In this document: positions 1 to 11,600 of the stretch, in pieces
How positions within the stretch are numbered: position 1 is the stretch's first letter
Layout of the letters: the number at the start of each line of letters is the position of its first letter
Origin: Thermodesulfobacteriota bacterium
GTDB lineage: Bacteria > Desulfobacterota > Desulfarculia > JACQYL01
NCBI GenBank assembly: GCA_963675595.2
Contig: CAXXLZ010000001.1
Location: 1,664,001-1,728,000 of the forward strand
DNA: 64,000 nucleotides
Direction: 5' to 3'
Position numbers and translations under genes: made by a program
The notes under the pieces: model-generated
Told to the model about the DNA's origin: nothing
Database searches by the model: none
Seen by the model: the letters and a program-made list of their open reading frames with translations, nothing else

Positions 1-961
1 TCGACCTGGACGTTTCGATAGGCAAGTCACCCTGGATCTCCCGCAAAGACCGGCTAGGAGGAAAATCCTGACGCTGCACACGGCTCACGTTCCCCTCGCG
101 CAGGACGTGGACCTGGATGCGGTAGCCCAAAGGACCGTCGGATTTTCCGGCGCGGACCTCCAGAACCTGGTGAATGAAGCGGCCCTGCTCGCGGCTCGAA
201 AAGATCGAAAGGAAGTGACTGCCGAGGATTTTGACGCAGGCATGGACAAGATCATGATGGGCGTCGAACGCGAAGACATGCTGTCCGGATCCGAGCGAAA
301 GATCGTGGCCTATCACGAGGCCGGCCATGCCCTGATGGCTTGGGTGATTCCGGGAGCGGACCCCCTCAAAAAGGTGTCCATTATCCCTCGAGGGCGCGCG
401 CTCGGGGCCACGCAGCAGATCCCCGAAGAGGACCGCCACAACCTGGGGCGGAACTACCTTTTAGGCCGCATCGCCATCATGCTCGGGGGGCGTGTCGCTG
501 AGAGAACCGTATTCGAGGACATCACCAGCGGAGCGGCCGACGACTTGAAGAACGCCACCCGGTTGGCGCGTAAAATGGTTTGCCAATGGGGCATGAGCGA
601 AACGTTGGGATCCATGACCTTTCGAATGGATGAGCAACACCCGTTCTTGGGGCGCGAACTGGCCGAGCCCAGGGACTTCAGCGAACATACCGCCCGGATG
701 ATCGACGACGAAATCCGACGCATTATTCGAAATGCCGAAGAGGAAGCTGAACAAACACTCACTTCCCGCAGAGAAGATCTGGACCGTATAGCCAACGCTC
801 TGCTGGAACACGAAATGCTGTCGGACGTGGAGGTGCGCAAACTACTGACCAACGGCGACGCCTCATCTCAAAAGGACAAGGTCATTCCCGATTCGGATTC
901 CGGCCTCAAACATCAACGGCCGAATTCCTCGAAGTCGGAGGACAAGGGAGCCCAACTATGA
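1..961 (+). CDS. ftsH: ATP-dependent zinc metalloprotease FtsH, 5'-truncated by window edge
   Basis: Frame open from base 2 (RPGRFDRQV, AAA second region of homology); GFSGADLQNLVNEAAL; HEAGH zinc motif; ITSGAADDL. Confidence 0.96.
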   Translation, partial: RPGRFDRQVTLDLPQRPARRKILTLHTAHVPLAQDVDLDAVAQRTVGFSGADLQNLVNEAALLAARKDRKEVTAEDFDAGMDKIMMGVEREDMLSGSERKIVAYHEAGHALMAWVIPGADPLKKVSIIPRGRALGATQQIPEEDRHNLGRNYLLGRIAIMLGGRVAERTVFEDITSGAADDLKNATRLARKMVCQWGMSETLGSMTFRMDEQHPFLGRELAEPRDFSEHTARMIDDEIRRIIRNAEEEAEQTLTSRREDLDRIANALLEHEMLSDVEVRKLLTNGDASSQKDKVIPDSDSGLKHQRPNSSKSEDKGAQL

Positions 962-1902
962 AAGTCGGGATCGTGGGAACCGGCATGGTCGGTTCCACCA
1001 CGGCCTACGCCCTGATCCTGGAAGGCATCGGCAGGGAAATCGTCCTTGTGGACAAAGATGAGCGAAGAGCCGGCGCCGAAGCCGACGACCTGTTCCACGC
1101 CGTTCCCTTTTCACATCCTCTCGTTGTTCACCAAGGGGGGTATGCCGATCTCCAGGGAAGCAAAGTAGTGGTTGTGGCCGCGGGCGTTTCCCAAAAACCG
1201 GGCGAAAGCCGTATGGACCTCCTCAAGCGAAACCAAAGAGTTTTCTCCCAGGTCATCCCCGGAATTCTGGAAAAAGCCCCGGAGGCCATCCTGCTCATCG
1301 CCACCAATCCCGTGGACGTCATGACTCATGTGGCGACCAAATACGCCTCCGGATTCGGAGTGACCGTGCGACGCGTATTGGGTTCGGGCACCATGCTCGA
1401 CACGGCTCGGTTCCGCGCCTTGTTGGGCCGGCAAATGGGAGTGGACCCTCAACACGTGCACGCCTACGTATTGGGAGAACACGGCGATTCGGAGGTGCTC
1501 GCCTGGTCGTTGGTCACTGTGGGAGGCATCAAATTGACGGAGTTCTGTACGGGAAGAGGGGCCGTATACAAGGCCGACGACAAAGAGCATATCGACCACA
1601 GGGTCCGTAACGCGGCATATGAAATCATTGACGGCAAGGGAGCCACCTATTACGGGATCGGAAGTGCTCTTGCCAAGCTGATCGACGTAATTCTCAATGA
1701 CCGGCGGTCCATCTTCACCGTGTCCGCTCCCACCGACGATGTTCCGGGAATCAAGAACGTGTGCGTTTCCATGCCCCGCCTGATCGGGGGAGACGGCGTG
1801 ATGGGCCTCATCCCTCCGTCCCTGGACGACTCGGAGCGCAGCCTTTTGCGAAAGAGCGCCGCCATCGTGAAGGAAGCCTCGGATGGCCTGGACGACGCCT
1901 GA
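958..1902 (+). CDS. ldh: L-lactate dehydrogenase
   Basis: GTGMVG Rossmann motif, QKPGESRMDL active-site loop (Gln is LDH-type), TNPVD, LDTARFR, GEHGDS, KGATYYGI; ATGA overlap with ftsH. Confidence 0.93.
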   Translation: MKVGIVGTGMVGSTTAYALILEGIGREIVLVDKDERRAGAEADDLFHAVPFSHPLVVHQGGYADLQGSKVVVVAAGVSQKPGESRMDLLKRNQRVFSQVIPGILEKAPEAILLIATNPVDVMTHVATKYASGFGVTVRRVLGSGTMLDTARFRALLGRQMGVDPQHVHAYVLGEHGDSEVLAWSLVTVGGIKLTEFCTGRGAVYKADDKEHIDHRVRNAAYEIIDGKGATYYGIGSALAKLIDVILNDRRSIFTVSAPTDDVPGIKNVCVSMPRLIGGDGVMGLIPPSLDDSERSLLRKSAAIVKEASDGLDDA

Positions 1903-2112
1903 ACCACCCGGCCCGCCCCTTCCCGTTTGATCCGATTCGGCAAACGATGCCGAGCCCAATACCGTTTTCCCTCCATCAACTTGAGCGCATCAGCCGAAAC
2001 GACCCGTGATAAGTTCCAAAATCCATTCATAGCCTCCGGCTTGCCGGAAGATTGTTCGGTCATCCCTCCGCCGTTACCGCCGTCATCCAAATACCCTACG
2101 TGTACCTTTTCA

Positions 2113-2311
2113 CGGGGTGTGCCGCAAGGGGACACCGTCCCCCTGCACCCCCTGCCGGGGGACCAATGGCCCCCCGGACCCCCATTGTGCTTTTACGAAT
2201 CGCGTACGCGATTCGCAAAACGAGCAGCATGTTCCGCCCAACGCATTAAAATACTTCAAGTTTTTGGGAAGGAGCCCGAGGGAACCCTTTTTTCAAAAAG
2301 GGTTCCCTCGG
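2113..2311. repeat. Cluster of palindromic (REP-like) hairpins
   Basis: Four consecutive inverted repeats, including perfect cgaatcgcgtacgcgattcg and ccgagggaaccctttt/aaaagggttccctcgg. Confidence 0.75.
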
Positions 2312-2537
2312 ATACTCCTCTGAATGCTCACGTTTTTTCCGTAGCCTTTTCCGTACGGTCGGACGTCATTGCAACAACGCTCAAACAAACGATTGAACCC
2401 GGGGTGATTCCGATATCAGTTGCGCATTCGGCGTTCTTCCGAAATCTTGCTCCAGGAAAAAGCATCGGCGTCGATACCTCCCGTCGGGTGTCTTCAACTT
2501 TCCCGCGATTTCCCCATAGGCTGCGCGGAGGTCTCAA

Positions 2538-4133
2538 ATGCCCCTTCTCAATTCATTGACCCGACGTTTCCGTGTTTTCTTAGTTCTTCTCTTCTCTTTC
2601 TTTTTCACCCCTGTCGTGGTCCGTTGCGGCGATGAGTTCATTTCGTCGCAACCCCTCCCCATCTTCGTTCCATATGGCAATCAGGCGGAATCGGTCGGTG
2701 GAGAATCGGCACGATCCCCTTTCGGCTTCCATCCGGCGAGCGCCTCCATGCCGGGTTATCCGGACAACGGATTCACGGACGCCGAGAACATCGGTGTGGG
2801 CTGGACGCGGGAAGGCCTCTATGCGTTCTGGTTCCTCATCGAACCCGACCTGTCCGAAGCCGCCTATGATTTCAGTCTTTACGACCTGTAATGGCGGGGC
2901 GTGCCCGCAAGCCTGCGCATTCTGGGCAATATCGCGCCGCAGGGCCCCTTCAACGAAGGCCGATGCAAGCCCGCATCATGGATTCCCATCGACATCCCCA
3001 GGTATGTCGCCTTTGTCAAGGCCACGGTGGAACGCTACGACGGAGACGGCATGAACGACATGCCCGGAATCACCAATCCCATACGCTATTGGCAGGTGGG
3101 TAACGAACCCAACGAAATGGGACGAAAGGATTTCGCGCAACTCCGGCGCATCACCTATGAGGCGGTTAAGGAGGCCTGCGCGGACTGTAAGGTATTGGTC
3201 TGCGGCGCCACAGGGTCCCCCAACGACCATATTTACAACTTTGCAGAGGCGTTTGCACCGATCCTATGGGAACTCGCGGGAGAATCCGTGGATATTTTCG
3301 ATTTTCACTGGTACGGGACGGCCACGGGCGAATACCGTATGAAAGATGGTTCGACCGCACAAGACGTATTGGAGCATATGCGTACCACCCTGACCGCCGC
3401 CGGGTTCGCATCCGACCTGCCCATCCGGATCACCGAGATGGGATGCTACTCCGGTGATCCGCAGAACACGGCTGAATTCGATTTGCCTTTCCAAAGCGAG
3501 CGTCTCCAGGCACTCCACCTGTTCAAACGCTATGCCCATCATTTGGCTCACGGTGTGGAAAAAGTATTTTCGGCGTTCGGGATGCTGGAAGGATTCAAGC
3601 TGGATAACGGCTACTTCGACCATACCGGCCTGATCTACGATGGAAGAACGGGCGACGCGGCAAGTGACTCCAACCCCGGTCTCGGCGTGAAAAAGCTCGC
3701 CTATTTCACCTACAAGAAAATGACGGAAAAGCTAGGGGGCGCCGATTGGTCCACCCTGACCCCGCTGCATGACGGTACGGGAACCGATCATCTAACTCTC
3801 TTTCGAGTTCAAAAAGGCGACGATGACATTCATATCGCGTGGTGGGACTATTTCGATGAACCCGCGTATGCGCCCGGAGACGCCGCCTTTCTCACCGTAA
3901 CCGGACTTGCGGGTCGGGAGGCGAGGTTGACGGCGGTGACCCCCTTTGCGGATTCGGGAGAAGAAGTAACGGACTATGAAACCGCTTTCACGGTGGATAC
4001 CTACCGCGTGTCCGACGGCACCGCCGTCGTGGTGCTCGGCGAAAACCCGATCATACTGGAATCGGCATGGGACGACGTGCGAAAGAAATCGCATGGGGAG
4101 CGGACGACGCCGGACCGGTATCAACTTCCGTGA
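2538..4133 (+). pseudogene. Secreted clan GH-A glycoside hydrolase-like gene interrupted by in-frame TAA at 2889-2891
   Basis: ORFs 2538..2891 and 2901..4133 share a frame (YDFSLYDL*WRGVPASL); signal-like N-terminus, WQVGNEPN acid/base motif, DFHWY, ITEMG nucleophile. Confidence 0.75.
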
Positions 4134-4138
4134 TCATC

Positions 4139-5434
4139 TCAAGTTTCCGACAGGTGTTTGGCGAGGCGTTTCCCAAGTCCGATGACGGCAGCCGTGGGAG
4201 GCAGCCCCCACGCTTCCGGCATCACGGAACAGTCGCAAACGTACAAATTCTCGTACTCGGTTCTTAGATTGGAGTCCACTACGTCGCCCACCTTGGCGGT
4301 TCCGCCTGGATGCGCGGCAAAACAGCCCGTCCTGAAGATGCCCTTGGCTCCGGCGTTTTTCAGGATTGTCTTGGCTCGTTCGCAGCCTCTCCGCAACCGC
4401 CGTTTGTTGTTTTCGTCCAGAATCTTCCGAATTCCCCCACTGTCCGTCAGTCTGCCGCCCAATTCATCCTTGGCTTTGACCATGATCTGGAGCGTCTTTG
4501 GGCGCGAAAACATCTTGTCCGGTCTGAGGCCGGCACCTGCGAACATGGCCGACACGGCAAACGGATGAGACATATCCGTCATCATGTAGCCCTCGTCTTC
4601 CATGTGGACGCCGCAGGACATGGGAATTTCGCTCAATGGAACATCGATGTTTTCCACCGTTCCCCTGACACCGATGAGAGGATCGAAAAAGAAGTCATAT
4701 CCCGCTCTTCTTATTCCGCTTGCGCGGAGAATAACGGGCGAACCGATGCCCCCCGCCGAAACGACCGTCGTAGGAGCGAATACCCGAACGATTTTCCCGT
4801 TCTTCTTGTAGTCAACCCCAAGGGCCCTTCCATCTTCCACAACGACCTTTAGAACCGTCGCTCTCTCAATCAGTTCGGCTCCGTTCTTGAGGGCCTCCTC
4901 GATGTACATTCGTGCGCTCCATTTCACCCCGTGCGGATCCCCATAATGGCTGAACGGGTACTCCGCTTTCCGCCGGTCCTGGTATATGAACTTCTCCAGC
5001 TTGCGCCAATCGTAACCGAGCTCCCGAGCACTCTCCATGATTCGTTTGGACATGGGACCGACCATTTCGTCCTTGAGCGTGGCCACGGGCAGTTCATTGC
5101 GCATCTCCTCGACCTCAGCCGTGATGTCGATGCCGTGAGATTTCAGCATCTCGAAAGGCACGGGGAAACATGTGGCATAGTAATAGACCGTGCTGCCGCC
5201 CGTGGTGATTCCTCTCACCATTCCAAGCAATTGCTTTGTGAAAAGAATGCTCCTGCCGGGTACGAGGAGTGTCTTTGCGGCGTAACGGAAATCGCCGGTC
5301 AGCGGATCGTTGTCTCCCCGTTCCAAGACGAGGACTCTCTTTTTTCTCAACGACAACTCTTTGGCAACGGTTGCTCCACCCGGTCCGGATCCCACAACGA
5401 CGACATCGATGTCTTTGCGCGGAACTCTTTCCAT
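4139..5434 (-). CDS. GMC-family FAD oxidoreductase
   Basis: VVVGSGPGGA FAD motif, GGST, SAGGIGSP, AHPGGT, YVCDCS; start at ATG after RBS aggagggg. Confidence 0.88.
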   Translation of the reverse strand: MERVPRKDIDVVVVGSGPGGATVAKELSLRKKRVLVLERGDNDPLTGDFRYAAKTLLVPGRSILFTKQLLGMVRGITTGGSTVYYYATCFPVPFEMLKSHGIDITAEVEEMRNELPVATLKDEMVGPMSKRIMESARELGYDWRKLEKFIYQDRRKAEYPFSHYGDPHGVKWSARMYIEEALKNGAELIERATVLKVVVEDGRALGVDYKKNGKIVRVFAPTTVVSAGGIGSPVILRASGIRRAGYDFFFDPLIGVRGTVENIDVPLSEIPMSCGVHMEDEGYMMTDMSHPFAVSAMFAGAGLRPDKMFSRPKTLQIMVKAKDELGGRLTDSGGIRKILDENNKRRLRRGCERAKTILKNAGAKGIFRTGCFAAHPGGTAKVGDVVDSNLRTEYENLYVCDCSVMPEAWGLPPTAAVIGLGKRLAKHLSET

Positions 5435-5786
5435 GTCCCCTCCTATCCGGGGCGGCATAACAAGCCGCCGCCGAACGCGGTGAGAAGTTCGAAAACCGGC
5501 GTAGCGCAGGAGCCGTCACGGCGAAGGGTCGTGGAATCCGACGTAATCGACGACCTCGGTTCGAGGAGGAGAAGGAGGAGGAGATGAAACGAGTGATAAG
5601 CCTATTCAGGCGAGAATGAGAGAGGAATCTGCAATGAAGTCAACACCGACAGCCTTTTTCCGGTTTCTCCATGGCGTACAGGGATCGTTACCTCATGCCG
5701 TCTCGCTTCCTCGTACGGCTCCACGTCGCACACGAAATCTCGCTGCGCGACGTCCCCGTCCCCGCCGCCCAAAATGCCCATGAATA

Positions 5787-6605
5787 CTATGAAGAACGGA
5801 ACTGATCCATTAGTCTTCCCAACTCCTTGAGAAACCGTGCAACCTGGTCCACGTTTTCCAGCGCGTAGGCTGCACGGCTCGGGCCCAATCTTCGCTCCCC
5901 TACCACGATGCCCAATCCGCGTCCTTGCAGAGCTTCGAAAGCGTCCTCGTCGGTTACGTCGTCCCCCAGGTAGATCGGCAGGAAATCGTCTTCGGCCAGG
6001 TTCAGAGCGTCCATTAGCCAGAGCACCGCCCTGCCTTTGTGCCAGTCAACGTCGGGTTGGAGTTCGAAGACCTTCTTCCCCTCGGTCCTCCTGAGCCCTT
6101 CGAGTTCGATCCGGGCGAATTCCACGGCATCCTCCACTTCACGGACCCGGCCGGGTTCCACCAGTCGGAAGTGGGCGGCAACGGAGAACTTCTTTCGTTC
6201 CACCAAAGCGCCGGGGATGGACGACAGTTTGTCACGCAGCAGACTTTCGGCACGGTGCAAGAGATCGAGGAACCCGGTTCCCACTTGGGGAGCCCGCTGT
6301 TCCCCGTGGGGCAGACGAATCTCGAACCCGTGGCTCCCCGCATAAACGACGTCCTCAAGACCCACCAGGCGACGCACGTCGGCCAGATCACGGCCGCTCA
6401 CCACGGCCAGGGGGCATCGGGAACTGAGAGATCGAATCACCTCGCGCATGTCCGGGGAAAGCACGGCGAGTTCGGGACGCTCCACAATGGGCGTGAGGGT
6501 ACCGTCATAGTCCAGGAACACAGCCGGACGACGGCTCACCAGGAGCTCTTCGACCCTGTCCAGATGGTCTAATACGGAAGGAATCGGTTTCATACGGATA
6601 AGCAT
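5787..6605 (-). CDS. otsB: Trehalose-6-phosphate phosphatase
   Basis: HAD motifs FLDYDGTLTP, VVSGR, GSHGFE, HKGRA, GDDVTDEDAF. Confidence 0.93.
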   Translation of the reverse strand: MLIRMKPIPSVLDHLDRVEELLVSRRPAVFLDYDGTLTPIVERPELAVLSPDMREVIRSLSSRCPLAVVSGRDLADVRRLVGLEDVVYAGSHGFEIRLPHGEQRAPQVGTGFLDLLHRAESLLRDKLSSIPGALVERKKFSVAAHFRLVEPGRVREVEDAVEFARIELEGLRRTEGKKVFELQPDVDWHKGRAVLWLMDALNLAEDDFLPIYLGDDVTDEDAFEALQGRGLGIVVGERRLGPSRAAYALENVDQVARFLKELGRLMDQFRSS

Positions 6606-7072
6606 ACCGGGAGAGATATGAAGATTTCAATCGGAGAACCAATGCGCGTGATTTGATGCAATCTTTGATCAGGCACAATATGGGCGAGCCTCTGAAAGGC
6701 ATTTCAGGGGAAGTACCGCGTCTCACCAACGAGGCCGTCCCCGACCCACGGCACACGCGATCGGGGACGGGGTGAGCCTGCGTCACAATAGGTCCGGCCA
6801 ACGAACGCCATAACCTGCGTCGGTTCGCCGCTGCCCGCAGAATCTCCCTAACGCGTGAAAACGCAACACCCGCGCATTGGGCTGAATGATCGGAGGAGCG
6901 CTTAGGGGTTCCTCCGAAGTGCATCCAATCTTTTCACCCAAAGGATGCCTTTTCCGTTCACTTGAAACTTACAAAGCGTCTCCATGGATACTTTCATTCG
7001 GTTGGAATGTACCGCCCCACTTTCGAAAGCCGTCTCACCGTACCCTCCGCCCCACTTCGGCAGGCCGTTTCT

Positions 7073-7936
7073 TCAGCGACTCACCCACAAAGCTCCGGAG
7101 TCGATTTCGTGCAGCAGCTTGACGGTACGCGACCCCACGATCCATTCCTTCCATTTGGATTTGGCCAAGCCGACCCGCCCCACGGCCAAAGCCGCGAATC
7201 GGCCCTCTCGGTATAGCTCCATCACGGTGGCGGCCACCGATGAGGAACGGACGACTCTCCCATGGATTCTCTCCCGGCCTATGCCGTTGTCGGTCAGGCG
7301 GTCGGCGGCCTCATTCAGGATTGTTTCCACGTCCGCCGTTTCGCCCGAATCCACATGCAGCAAGGTCACGTGGTGCCTCGGCTCTTGGGCCAAGATGAAC
7401 CCCACATGGTCCGCGGCACGAAGAGCGGAATCGGAACCGTCCACGCAGAGAAGAATGCCCGTGTGTTCCTTTTCCACGGGTCTGCAGATCCACAAGGGGA
7501 AATCGATCCGCTGATCCATGACTTCCCGGCTCACACTGTTGGACAATACGTTCTCAAACAGAGTGTAACCTCGTCTCCCCAGCACCACCGCATCGAACTC
7601 GCCCTTCCGCCCTTCCATCGCCAGGTCTTTCACCGTTCCGTATTTATTGAACGCGAATTTCTTCTCCACCTTGCCTTGAGGCAGGCCCTCGCTTTCCAGC
7701 GTTTGCGCGGCGGCGTCCAGCGCCCTTTGCCCCCTTTCGTGGTAGGCTTCAAGGGTCTTGCGGTCCGGCACATAGTCGTCGGGATGCGGCCTGCGTGCCT
7801 TGGGATCCGGTATGGGAGCCACATAAAACAACGTAATCTCCATGGAGGATTTGTCTTCGAAGAATGCTCCCACGAAACGAGCCCCGAATTGTACGCTCAA
7901 GTCCTCGCTCACCGTCACCAGGAGACGCTTTTCCAT
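7073..7936 (-). CDS. Tandem universal stress protein
   Basis: Two USP domains (DAVVLGRRG; LLCVDGSDSALRAADH ... AVGRVG ... GS). Confidence 0.88.
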   Translation of the reverse strand: MEKRLLVTVSEDLSVQFGARFVGAFFEDKSSMEITLFYVAPIPDPKARRPHPDDYVPDRKTLEAYHERGQRALDAAAQTLESEGLPQGKVEKKFAFNKYGTVKDLAMEGRKGEFDAVVLGRRGYTLFENVLSNSVSREVMDQRIDFPLWICRPVEKEHTGILLCVDGSDSALRAADHVGFILAQEPRHHVTLLHVDSGETADVETILNEAADRLTDNGIGRERIHGRVVRSSSVAATVMELYREGRFAALAVGRVGLAKSKWKEWIVGSRTVKLLHEIDSGALWVSR

Positions 7937-8000
7937 GCCCGTTTCCCCTCTCGCAATGGATTCACTGCACGTCTAAAACGATTTGTTCCGAATCCATGGA

Positions 8001-8017
8001 AGGCAAAAGGTATGCCA
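8001..8017 (-). promoter_or_regulatory. sigma54 -24/-12 promoter of the USP gene
   Basis: Minus strand TGGCATACCTTTTGCCT = GG-N10-GC, about 65 bp upstream of the start. Confidence 0.75.
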
Positions 8018-8201
8018 CGAGAAACGAAAACAAGCAGAGTTTAACCGGATGAAATAACAGAGCAAAATACGACTACAGAAGATCGGAAAAGTAGAGGAGG
8101 GGTTATGAAATGACGGGATGCTTTACACTCTGTCAACCCGTGATGAAGACCGCGAAACCGGCCGACAATATTTCGACTTTCTCAACGGGCCGCTGCAAAG
8201 G

Positions 8202-8507
8202 CTATGGAGCCGTCGGCGGGGCGATGTGCCAGGTATAGTCCGCATCGAGATTCTCACATCCCAGAGAATTCCCAGCCGTATCGTAGGCACAGACTCTCAT
8301 GGTCGTGCCGCACGGGTACTTGAAGTTCATGCTCTGGTGGGCGTCCAGGGGACGCCATAGGGACGAATAGGTTACATAAATCATCCCGTTGGTGTCGTTG
8401 ATGACCACCCCAAAGCAGTCCTGCGCCTTTCCCTCCGAGATCGACGAGCCAGCCATGAAGATCAGGAACGCCGCCGGGATGAGAATACGTGCGAGCTTAC
8501 AGGGCAT
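8202..8507 (-). CDS. Small secreted Cys-rich hypothetical protein
   Basis: Signal peptide (ILIPAAFLIFMAG...GKA-Q), four Cys in mature part, ggggaa RBS. Confidence 0.6.
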   Translation of the reverse strand: MPCKLARILIPAAFLIFMAGSSISEGKAQDCFGVVINDTNGMIYVTYSSLWRPLDAHQSMNFKYPCGTTMRVCAYDTAGNSLGCENLDADYTWHIAPPTAP

Positions 8508-8605
8508 GGTTTCCCCACTCAAGAAACGGAATCATCATTCAGGCACGAGCCCATGCCGGGACATGCGGACGCAGATGGCCGCCCCTCAGAACCGACTCTT
8601 TGTGA

Positions 8606-11600
8606 TCACTCCTCCAGTATGCCCAGCAGCGTCCCCAACAGCCGCTCAATGGCCCTTTGCGGAGGTCCCACGATCACGGAAGCCTCGACGTGAACCTCTC
8701 CGCACTGGTTGGTCCCGGTCAATGTATACACCGTCGAGACCACGGGACTGACGTCCACGTAACCGGTTCCCGGGTCGACCGTTCCCACGAAAGGCTCGAT
8801 AGAGACTTCGTCCGCGCCGGAGAGACTCCAGTACAGTCGGCTCATTCCCTCTTCCCCCACTCGTCGGGGCGAAGCGTAGAAATAAGCCGCTTCGGGTTCA
8901 GAGCACGGCACTACGGTGAGCAGCGCTTCCGCCTGCACGGTTCCGCAGGCGTTGCCCGCGCTGAGGGTGTAAAGCGTGGTTTCCGCGGGCGTCACCGACG
9001 CCTGCCCCGAGTCGGGAGCCACGTCTCCAATGCCGTGAGAAATGGAAGCCGTCCCGGCTCCAACAATGCTCCATTGAAGTTGGGACACCTGACCCTCTAT
9101 TACGCTTTCCGGGGTCACGGTGAAGGACTCAATAATCGGATCGTTGCAGATGAGGGAAAGGGCTATTTCAAAATCCCCCTCGGAGGATACCCCATAGGTG
9201 GTTGCTTCCAGCGTATAGGTCCCCGCCGGGACAGCGGCGGTAATCCGGGCATTGGAACCTTCTCCGCCGTCATTGTCCTCCGCGACAACGTCCCCGTAGG
9301 GACCGGCCCCGTACAGCAGCATCAGATAGGAGTCCACGGCGGAGCCCAAGTCCGCCCGCACCTCGGCGGCTTCGTCGATGGTAAAGGTGTAGTAACGCGC
9401 ATAGGCTCCTTCACGGTGAATCGAAGGGCACTGCGGGCTCCATGTTCCTTCCGTCGATTGGCCGGGAGCGAATTCCGACACGCATTCCGAAAGCGACGAA
9501 TCGAGCACTACCAGACTGAGAGCCAAGTCTCCCGTTACGCCGCCATCGTAGGTCGAGGCTTCCACGGTGTAGGAGCCGGGCGGCAAAAGCCTGGTAATTC
9601 GAGAGTTGGTACCCTCCCCTCCGTTGTCGTCTTCCTCGACGACGGCCCCGTCCGTTCCCTCGCCCGCCAGCAGGTAAAGGTACGTGTCTTGTTCGGAAGT
9701 CAGATCAATCTCCAGCCGCGTGTATTCGGACAGAGTGAATTGAAAGTACCTGGCATATCCAAGGGGTCGGTGCGTTGCAGGGCACTCCGTCGTCCAATAG
9801 CCTTGAAATGAATCTCCCGGCTCCATGGGGCGCAGACAAGGCCCGCCGCAGATTTCCTCCAGTTCCAGGACGTGTCCCTCGGTCCAGGGACTCTCTCCGC
9901 AGTCGTTCACGGCGCGGATGCGATAGTAATAGTATCCGCCCTCCAGCCCGGTTTCCAAAAAGCGCAATTCCGGACCTGCGTAGACGGTTACGGCGTCCGA
10001 AAAAGCGTCGTTGTCCGACCGTTGTAGTTCGTACGAGCCGGCATCTTCCACGGACGACCATGAAACAGAGAACGACTCCTCGCAGGTTATCTCCGGATAC
10101 TCCGGAACCTGCGGAGCCGGCGGCGCGGTGCCGACCGAGAGTTCATGTCCTGTAAACCACTCGCCGCTTCCACAATCGTTGAATGCTCTCACACGGAAAT
10201 AATGAGGCCCGGGCTCCGATCCCTCGATGAGGTACGATGTCTCGGCACCGGAATACAGAACTGCGGCATCGATGAAAGTGCCGTCGGTCGCTCTCTGCAA
10301 TTCGTAAGATGTGGCCCCCTCCAAGGAGGGCCACGAAACGGTGAACGGCTCCGCGCAGGCATCCTCGGGATATTGCAGGGAAGAAGGCGCCGCCGGCTCC
10401 GCTCCCACCGTCACTTCATTCCCCGCTGTACGGGAACCGTTCCCGCAAGCGTTGTATGCGGAGACACGGTAATAGTAGGAGCCGGGACTCAGCTGGGCTT
10501 CCGTGTAACCTGTCAGAGGCCCGTCGTAGACTTGGATCGGATCGGAGAACTCCGGAGCCGAAGCCCGTTCCAACAGATAGCCTGTGGCACCTTCCACGGG
10601 AAGCCAGGAAAACTCGAAATTTCCTTCACAGTTTCCTTCGGGATAGATCAGGAACTCGGTCGCGTCGGGCGACCCTACTCTCATGCCGTGGCCTTCCTTC
10701 CAGGGACTATAAGCTCCGCCGAAGTCAGCCCGAACGCGAAAATAATAATCACCCGGCTGCACCATCCCGGTCACGTCGAAAAAGAGGTCGGGGCCGTTGT
10801 AGATTTCCACGGCGTCCGAGAAGGAAGCATCCGTAGCCCGCTGAAGCTGATAGGCCGAGGCCTCGCTCACGGAGGACCACGTAATGGAAAAAGCTCCGTC
10901 ACAATTCAACTCGGGATATTCGAGGGTTTCCGGCGCGTCGCCCAGAAGAGCGGCGGCGGCTTGAAGATTCACCCTGGGCTTCGTCACAGCTACCTTGAGG
11001 TCCTCGATGGGATCCCCTCCCTCCGTCAGCAGAGTTCGTACCTGTTGAGCCGACAGGAATTCACCCGTGGCGGCTTTGGCGAAGCTTTGGAGGGAGGCGG
11101 CCGCTCCGGCGGCATAAGGACAGGCCGCGGAAGTTCCACCGAAGCCGGAATAATAGTCTCCGCTGCGGTACCCGCCGCTTCCCACGATGTCCAAGGTGTA
11201 GGCCTTGTTGGAAGGAGCGAAGATATCCAAAAAACTCGCCGTGTTGGAATAGGAGGTGACTCGGTCGGGAGCGGCGACGTCGATGGCGAAATACCCCGTG
11301 CTGCAACCGGACGTCTCGATTTTGGAGACGCAGGACCCGGAAGAAACGCATGGGAAGTAGGTACCGAAGGAAGAATCGTATACGGCTCCCACGGAAATCA
11401 CGTGCGAAATGCATGCCGGCCAGCCCATGGAATCACAGTACCCGTCGTTTCCGGAGGATGCGAAAACGGTAATACCGGCCGCGTTGGCGTTGGCCGCAGC
11501 GGCCGTCATGGACGATGAGGCGTAGTCGCAGGTCCCGTAGAAGCGGCCCCCGCCGAAACTCGTGCTGATGATGAGAATGGGATGATCCGGATCGTCGTTT

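Noticed and set aside
1927-2559. 210-aa ORF after ldh
   Set aside because: Runs through the palindromic repeat cluster; no protein-like features
2889-2891. Selenocysteine or pyrrolysine recoding
   Set aside because: The stop is TAA, not TGA or TAG
5584-5619. 11-aa ORF MKRVISLFRRE behind a strong ggaggagg run
   Set aside because: Too short to support, with no downstream co-oriented gene; the purine run may be chance
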